Shown one piece after another: positions 34,658 to 40,000 of a stretch of DNA of 40,000 nt. Source of the DNA: an uncultured Alphaproteobacteria bacterium (GTDB lineage Bacteria > Pseudomonadota > Alphaproteobacteria > Rhizobiales > Beijerinckiaceae); contig CAWHHH010000008.1 of assembly GCA_963829075.1 (NCBI GenBank), positions 290,936 through 330,935 on the forward strand. Reading direction: 5' to 3'. Made by a program: the position numbers and the translations under genes. The notes under the pieces are model-generated. The model did no database searches. It had not been told where the DNA came from and worked only from the letters and a program-made list of their open reading frames with translations. The number at the start of each line of letters is the position of its first letter. The stretch's first letter is position 1.

Positions 34658-35506
34658 CTAAACGACGCGTCGCGCGCGCAAAAAATGCGGGCCGCGGGCG
34701 CGGCTTTCGGCGCCCCTGGGCGCGTCGAGCCAGTGCGTCGCAATCGCTCTCAGATCGAAATCCTCGAGCTCCGAGAAGCCCTGCGCGCGAAGCTCGGCGG
34801 CGAGCGCCTCAGAATCGAAATAGGAGAGCAGGGGTTCGCCCAGGGCCGCGACGCGCGCGGCAAGCGCCTCCGCCGCCTGGCGGCGCTCGCGCGGATAAGT
34901 CTCGACAGGCTCGTAATAGTCGAAGACGACCTCCGCATCGTCGAGCGAGGCGATGAAACGCAGCGTGGCGAAGATCGCCTCGCGCGGCAGATAGGGAAGG
35001 ACGCCGAGCCAGAAGAAGAAGGCGGGCTTCTTCGCGTCGAAGCCGCAGTCGGCGAGACGCTGGCCGAGGTCCTCGCATTGGAAATCGACGGGGACGAAGG
35101 TGAGAAGCTGCGGCGTCTCGAGGCCCTCCTCCGCAAGCCGCGCGCGCTTCCAGGCTTGAGTCGCCGGATGGTCGACCTCGAAGACGCGCAACCCTAAGCG
35201 AGCGTGGGGATTGCGAAGCGCGAAAGTGTCGAGCCCCGCCCCCAGCGCCACCGCCTGCCGCACGCCGCGCTCGACCGCGCTTGCGAGCGCGGCTTCCGCG
35301 AAGCGGCTGCGCGCCGCAATCAACAGGCGCAGCGGCCGGCGCCCCGGCTCGACGGCGCGGGCGTCGGCCTCGCGGCACGCCTCCTCGCCGAGGATTTTGC
35401 GCGCGAAGGGATCGGGAAAGACGGCGCCGCCCTCGAGCAGCTGATGCGCGGCGCGATGCCCCGCCGCGCCGCGTGCGGTGAGGCTGGGTTGGCCGTGTCT
35501 CATCAT
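34658..35506 (-). CDS. Class I SAM-dependent methyltransferase (TIGR00027 / leucine carboxyl methyltransferase-like)
   Basis: The internal ATG at 35506 (AAGGGAG upstream) gives a 282-aa product. SLTARGAAGHRAAH...DPFARKILG...VRQAVALGAGLDTFALR...VFEVDHPATQAWK...PAFFFWLGVLPYLP is characteristic of this family. Confidence 0.85.
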   Translation of the reverse strand: MMRHGQPSLTARGAAGHRAAHQLLEGGAVFPDPFARKILGEEACREADARAVEPGRRPLRLLIAARSRFAEAALASAVERGVRQAVALGAGLDTFALRNPHARLGLRVFEVDHPATQAWKRARLAEEGLETPQLLTFVPVDFQCEDLGQRLADCGFDAKKPAFFFWLGVLPYLPREAIFATLRFIASLDDAEVVFDYYEPVETYPRERRQAAEALAARVAALGEPLLSYFDSEALAAELRAQGFSELEDFDLRAIATHWLDAPRGAESRARGPHFLRARRVV

Positions 35507-35566
35507 GCGCTCCCTTCGCTCAAGAACGCCGGGCGGTCTGCGATCGGCGACGGCTAAGCGAAATGC

Positions 35567-35689
35567 GCCCCCTCCCGCAACCCTCCCCCGCTTCGCGGGA
35601 GACGGGGCCGCCGGCGTTTCGCGAAACATAGGTGACATGCGCGAACTCTCTCCCTCTCCCGCGTTAGCGGGGAGGGCAGGGGAGGGGGC
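35567..35689. repeat. Large imperfect palindrome built from two CCCTCCCC/GGGGAGGG-type hairpin units
   Basis: Arm 1 is GCCCCCTCCCgcaaCCCTCCCCGCttcGCGGGAGA (35567-35602). The rc of arm 2 (35655-35689) is GCCCCCTCCCctgCCCTCCCCGCtaacGCGGGAGA. It lies between the ccr stop (35706) and the methyltransferase start (35506). Confidence 0.7.
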
Positions 35690-35705
35690 CTCGCCCCAGG
35701 CCCTC

Positions 35706-36977
35706 TCAGCTCCGCTTGCCCGCCTCGATCACATCCTCGACCGTGCGCAGGCCCGTCGTCGGCGCGTTGACGAGCACGGCCATATTGCCGGGCGCGTGCT
35801 CGTTCTTCCACATTTTGGTGTGCGCGAAGGGAATCTTCTCCCAGGGGAAGACTTCCGACATGCAGGGGTCGACCCTGCGGTCGATCACGAAACGGTTCGC
35901 CGCCGCGGCTTGCTTCAGATGCGCGAAATGCGAGCCCTGGATGCGCTTCTGCCGCATCCAGACATAGCGCGCGTCGAAAGTCAGGTTGAAGCCCGTCGTG
36001 CCGGCGCAAAAGACCACCATGCCGCCGCGCTTCACGACGAGGCAGGAGAGCGGAAAGGTCTGCTCGCCCGGATGCTCGAAGACGATGTCGACGTCCTTCT
36101 TGCCGGTGATGTCCCAGATCGCCTTGCCGAAGCCGCGGGCGCTCTTGGTCCACTCGTTGAACTCGGGCGTGTTGACCTTGGGCAATTGCCCCCAGCAGCC
36201 CTTGAAGTCCTTGCGGTTGATGACGCCCTTGGCGCCAAGCGACATCACATAGTCGCGCTTCGACTCGTCCGAGATCACGCCGATGGCGTTCGCGCCGGCG
36301 GCGGCGCAGAGCTGCACGCCGAAGACGCCGAGCCCGCCGGAACCGCCCCAGATCAGCACGTTGTCCGATGGCTTCAGCCGATGCGGCTCATGGCCGAAGA
36401 GCATGCGATAGGCGGTGGCGAGCGTCAGCGTGTAGCAGGCCGACTCCTCCCAGGTGAGGTGCTTGGGCCGCTCCATGAGCTGGCGGTCCTGCACGCGGCA
36501 GAACTGCGCGAAGGAGCCGTCCGGCGTCTCATAGCCCCAGATGCGCTGCGAGGCGGAGAACATCGGGTCGCCGCCGTTGCACTCCTCGTCGTCGCCGTCG
36601 TCCTGATTGCAGTGGATGACGACCTCGTCGCCGACCTTCCAGCGCTTGACCTTGGAGCCCACGGCCCAGATGATCCCGGAAGCGTCGGAGCCGGCGATGT
36701 GGTACGGCAGCTTATGGACGTCGAGCGTCGACACAGGCTGGCCGAGCGCAGCCCAGACGCCGTTGTAATTGACGCCCGCCGCCATCACCAGCACGAGCAC
36801 GTCGTGGCTGTCGAGCTCCCAGGTCGGCACGACCTCGAGCTTCATCGCGTCTTCCGGCGGCCCGTGCCGCTCCTTGCGGATCACCCAGGCGTACATGTTC
36901 TTCGGCACATGCCCGAGCGGCGGGATTTCGCCCATCTCATAGAGGTCCTTGAGGGGGGCGGCTTCGGTCTTCGTCAA
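35706..36977 (-). CDS. ccr: Crotonyl-CoA carboxylase/reductase (ethylmalonyl-CoA pathway)
   Basis: 423 aa. TTG start with AAGGAG 8 nt upstream. KDLYEMGEIPPLGHVPKNMYAW...VLVMAAGVNYNGVWA...YHIAGSDASGIIWAVG...VVIHCNQDDGDDEECNGGDPMFS..QRIWGYETPDGSFAQF...PGNMAVLV closely parallels the Rhodobacter Ccr sequence as I recall it. Confidence 0.96.
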   Translation of the reverse strand: MTKTEAAPLKDLYEMGEIPPLGHVPKNMYAWVIRKERHGPPEDAMKLEVVPTWELDSHDVLVLVMAAGVNYNGVWAALGQPVSTLDVHKLPYHIAGSDASGIIWAVGSKVKRWKVGDEVVIHCNQDDGDDEECNGGDPMFSASQRIWGYETPDGSFAQFCRVQDRQLMERPKHLTWEESACYTLTLATAYRMLFGHEPHRLKPSDNVLIWGGSGGLGVFGVQLCAAAGANAIGVISDESKRDYVMSLGAKGVINRKDFKGCWGQLPKVNTPEFNEWTKSARGFGKAIWDITGKKDVDIVFEHPGEQTFPLSCLVVKRGGMVVFCAGTTGFNLTFDARYVWMRQKRIQGSHFAHLKQAAAANRFVIDRRVDPCMSEVFPWEKIPFAHTKMWKNEHAPGNMAVLVNAPTTGLRTVEDVIEAGKRS

Positions 36978-37008
36978 CGCGGCGGCTCCTTGCGGAAAAA
37001 TTCATGTT

Positions 37009-37121
37009 AGAGCGAATTCCGCAAAAGTTGATAGACTTTTGCGATCAGAATTCGCTCCAACTTCTTGATCTGGCGCGATTTCTCATCGCTCGAACGATTC
37101 CGTTCGAGCGGAAAGCGCGCT
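37009..37121 (+). repeat. 113-bp two-hairpin intergenic repeat, copy B
   Basis: AGAGCGAATTCCGCAAAAGTTGATAGACTTTTGCGATCAGAATTCGCTCC...CGCTCGAACGATTCCGTTCGAGCGGAAAGCGCGCT. It is 107/113 identical to the rc of 9981-10093. It begins 31 nt upstream of the ccr start codon and ends 72 nt downstream of the O-methyltransferase stop. Confidence 0.9.
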
Positions 37122-37193
37122 CGGCCGGCGCTCCGGCCTCTTTCGGAGGCGATTCATATACGGGAGCGGCGCGGATGGATAGGCGCCTCGGGC

Positions 37194-38317
37194 TCAGCCG
37201 GCCTTGGCGACGATGAGGCTCGTCGCCGTCGGGAGCGGCGTCTCGACGCGCCTGACGCTCGCAAAACCCGCCTCATTGAGCAGCGCGGCGATCTCGGCAA
37301 AACGCCTCGGCTCGCCGCGCCCCATCGCCAGTGTGTAGAAGGCGTAATAGGCGCAGAGCGCTTCCGCCCCCTTGGCGTCGGAGATCGCTTCCACAATCAG
37401 CAAGGTCCCGTTCTCGGGCAGCGCGCGGCGCACATTGCGAAGCAGCGCCAGGGCGGAAGCGTCGTCGTGATCATGCACGATGCGCACGAGCGAGATCGCG
37501 TCGGCGCCGGCGGGCAGCGGGTCTTGCAGGAAATCGCCGGAGAAGATTTGCGCGCGATCGGCGAGGCCCGCCGCCGTCAGCCGCGCTCGGGCGCGTTCCG
37601 CGACGGCGGGAAGATCGAAGAGCATGAGTTCCAGCGACGGCGCCCGCGCCGCGGCGGCGGCCAGAAACACGCCCTCGCCGCCGCCGACGTCGAGGAGCTT
37701 CTTATGCTGGCCGATGTCGTAAGCGGCGAGCGCCGTCTCGCTCCAGAGCGGGTTCGAGGCCGCCATCAGCGCGCTGTAGGGCGCGACGGCTTCGGCGTCC
37801 AGCTCCTGCGGCGCTGCGCCCGCCGAATAGGGCCAGTAGCGCGAGAGCTGCGTTTCCGTCTCGCCCTTCAGCAGCGCGACCGGATCGGCGAGGTCGGCGT
37901 AAAAGATCGGCTGATGCTCGATCAGCGCCAGCGCCTCGCGGCGTGCCGATCAGCGCCGCGCCGAGATCGCCGAGACCGTAACGGCCGTCGCTGCGCCGCG
38001 AGGCGAGAGCGAGCGACGCTCGCCGCCTCCAAGAGACGTCGCGCCGCCTTGGGTTCGAGCCCGAGCTTCGGCGCGAGCGCCTCGACGCTCTGCGGCCCGG
38101 CGCGAAGATGTTCGAAAAGCTTCAGTTGCACGCAGGCCAGAAGCGTCTGCGAATAAGCAAAGCCCGCGCAAAGATCGAGCATCGCCTTGGCGCGCCGCCG
38201 CGCGTAGAAGCGCGTGAGCGGATTGGCGAGGAGCCTCGCGCGAAATTTCGGATCGGCGAGCTTGCGGTCACGCCACTCGCGCAACCGGTCGAGAAGGGCG
38301 GAGAGGGTTTTCGACAT
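37194..38317 (-). pseudogene. CrtF/BchU-like family-2 O-methyltransferase disrupted by two 1-nt frameshifts
   Basis: The N-terminal ORF (38317-37922) ends LGLEPKAARRLLEAA and then runs out of frame. A second frame reads ASLALASRRSDGRYGLGDLGAALIGTP. A third frame reads EALALIEHQPIFYADLADPVALLKGETETQLSRYWPY...YSALMAASNPLWSETALAAYD..KKLLDVGGGEGVFL... through to the stop at 37194. The joined sequence parallels CrtF-type methyltransferases. The shifts lie near 38020 and 37938. Confidence 0.75.
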
Positions 38318-38334
38318 GGTTCAACATGGCGCCT

Positions 38335-38456
38335 CGTCCTGAGGAGCCCGCGAAGCGGGCGTCTCGAAGGATGGCCAAGCCCGCGGTCCCGCAAGATTTC
38401 GGAAGGCCGCACCCTTCGAGACGCGCCCTGCGGGCGCTCCTTCCGGGTGAGGGTGG
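38335..38456. repeat. Composite palindromic REP-like element, locus 2
   Basis: Unit CCTGAGGAG-CCCGCgaaGCGGG-CGTCTCGAAGG (38338-38370), a 41-nt spacer, then the inverted unit CCCTTCGAGAC-GCGCCCtgcGGGCGC-TCCTTCCGGGTGAGGGTGG (38412-38456). Same family as 33448-33525. Confidence 0.85.
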
Positions 38457-38500
38457 ACGTTGGAAAAGGCGTTTGACTCGATTGCCCCTGCGCCTTCCGC

Positions 38501-40000
38501 TCAGATCGTCTGATTATACGCCCCGACTTCCGGGTTCTCGCGCAGCACCTTGTCCACCGCGTGGAACATCTCGCGCATGCGCGCCTCGGAGGCCGGGCTT
38601 TCGACGACGACGACGAGCTCGGGCTTGTTCGATGAGGCGCGCACCAGGCCCCAGGTGCCGTCGCCCACCGTCACGCGCACGCCGTTGACGGTCACGAGAT
38701 CGCGGATCGGTCCGCCCAGAAACGGAACGCCGTCGGCCTGCATCTTCTTGAAGCGCTCGGTCACGCGATCGACGACCGTGTATTTGATCTCGTCGGCGCA
38801 ATGCGGCGCCATGGTCGGCGAGCCCCAGGTCTTCGGCAGCGCGGCGTAGAGATCGGACATGCTCTTCGTCGGATTGCGATCGAGCATCTCCAGCACATGC
38901 AGCGCGGTCAGCAGCCCGTCGTCATAGCCGCGGCCGACCGGCGTGTTGAAGAAGAAATGGCCCGACTTCTCGAAGCCCGCGAGCGCGCCGAGCTCGTTGA
39001 CGCGGCGCTTGATGTAGGAGTGGCCGGTCTTCCAATAATCGGTCTTGACGCCGCGGCCAATCAGCTCCGGATCGGTCGCGAAAAGTCCGGTCGACTTCAC
39101 GTCGACGACGAAGCGCGCGTTGGGGTAGACGCGCGAGAGGTCGCGCGCCAGCATCACGCCGATCTTGTCGGCGAAAATCTCCTCGCCCTTGTTGTCGACG
39201 ACGCCGCAGCGGTCGCCGTCGCCGTCGAAGCCGAGGCCCACATCGGCGCCGCTCTCGCGCACCTTGTCGGCCATCGCGTGCAGCATGTGCAGGTCTTCGG
39301 GATTGGGATTGTAATGCGGGAAATTATAGTCGAGCTCGATGTCGAGCGGCACGACCTCGCAGCCGACGCGCTCGAGCAGCTGCGGCGCGAAGGCGCCGGC
39401 CGTGCCGTTGCCGCAGGCCGCGACGACCTTGAGCTTGCGCTTGAGCTTCACGTTCTTGGCGAGATCGTCGAGATAGCGCACGCCGAAATTCTCGACATAG
39501 CGATAGGAGCCGCCCGTCGCCTCGCGATATTTGCCGGAGAGCACGATCTCCTTGAGGCGGCCCATTTCGTCGGGACCGAAGGTCACCGGCCGCTGCGCGC
39601 CCATCTTGACGCCGGTCCAGCCATTGTCGTTGTGCGACGCCGTGACCATCGCGACGGCGGCGCAATCGAGCTCGAATTGCGCGAAATAGGCCATCGGCGA
39701 AAGCGCGAGGCCGATGTCCTGCACCTCGACGCCCGCCGCCATCAGGCCGGTGATCAGCGCGAGCTTGATCGAGGCTGAATAGGAGCGGTAGTCGTGGCCG
39801 GTCGCGAGCTCCAGCGGCGCGCCCATTTCGTGCAAGAGCGTGCCGAGCCCGAGGCCCAGCGCCTGCACGCCCATCAGGTTGAGCTCCTTCTCGAAGAGCC
39901 AGCGCGCGTCATATTCGCGAAAGCCGGTGGGCTTGACGAGCGGCGTCTGCTCATAGGCCAAAGTATTGGGCTTCAATTCGGCGACGGGCTTTGGGAACAT
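38501..40000 (-). CDS. Phosphomannomutase/phosphoglucomutase (alpha-D-phosphohexomutase)
   Basis: 499 aa; the ATG sits exactly at the window edge (39998-40000). Active-site loop VMVTASHNDNGWTGVK, metal-binding loop GLGFDGDGDRCGVVD, sugar-binding GFEKSGHFFF. Confidence 0.93.
   Translation of the reverse strand: MFPKPVAELKPNTLAYEQTPLVKPTGFREYDARWLFEKELNLMGVQALGLGLGTLLHEMGAPLELATGHDYRSYSASIKLALITGLMAAGVEVQDIGLALSPMAYFAQFELDCAAVAMVTASHNDNGWTGVKMGAQRPVTFGPDEMGRLKEIVLSGKYREATGGSYRYVENFGVRYLDDLAKNVKLKRKLKVVAACGNGTAGAFAPQLLERVGCEVVPLDIELDYNFPHYNPNPEDLHMLHAMADKVRESGADVGLGFDGDGDRCGVVDNKGEEIFADKIGVMLARDLSRVYPNARFVVDVKSTGLFATDPELIGRGVKTDYWKTGHSYIKRRVNELGALAGFEKSGHFFFNTPVGRGYDDGLLTALHVLEMLDRNPTKSMSDLYAALPKTWGSPTMAPHCADEIKYTVVDRVTERFKKMQADGVPFLGGPIRDLVTVNGVRVTVGDGTWGLVRASSNKPELVVVVESPASEARMREMFHAVDKVLRENPEVGAYNQTI

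Noticed and set aside
1-40000. CRISPR arrays, rRNA/tRNA genes, integrons and prophage modules
   Set aside because: I found no regularly spaced direct repeats, no rRNA- or tRNA-like sequences, and no integrase, capsid or terminase genes on either strand while reading the window.

Overview
This is a high-GC chromosomal segment that looks alphaproteobacterial (Rhizobiales-like). It probably comes from a methylotroph, because it carries both mch (methenyl-H4MPT cyclohydrolase) and ccr (crotonyl-CoA carboxylase/reductase, ethylmalonyl-CoA pathway). Most of the window is housekeeping genes: minCDE, a DUF2157/GDYXXLXY membrane-protein pair, an HD-domain protein, hisZ-hisG, manC, a Suv3-like helicase, class II ribonucleotide reductase nrdJ, carA, a GatB/YqeY protein, a Zn/Mn-type metal ABC transporter operon, sucC, a TPR protein, a cytochrome c, mch, a SAM methyltransferase, ccr and a phosphomannomutase/phosphoglucomutase. 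Accessory or unusual content is as follows. (1) A lower-GC patch at the left edge encodes an orphan gp5/VgrG-type OB-fold spike-like protein with an unrecognised C-terminal domain. (2) A roughly 3.5 kb lower-GC island (about 18.3-21.9 kb) lies between nrdJ and a GGDEF-EAL gene. It holds a DUF4268 gene truncated by a 1280-bp IS3-family element, an orphan 124-aa ORF, a 93-nt long-stem hairpin and a ParDE module. (3) A second toxin-antitoxin pair (Phd/YefM-ParE/RelE) abuts the helicase. (4) Two genes are disrupted by frameshifts, the GGDEF-EAL gene and a CrtF-like O-methyltransferase. (5) There are three families of structured intergenic repeats. One is a 113-bp two-hairpin element present in two copies whose only stem difference is a compensatory base-pair change. 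I found no CRISPR arrays, rRNA genes or tRNA genes. I do not see a convincing novel multi-gene system. The most promising leads are the orphan spike-like protein, the 113-bp structured repeat, the small accessory island and the solitary sucC. The many long antisense ORFs in the track are typical high-GC artefacts and were not called.
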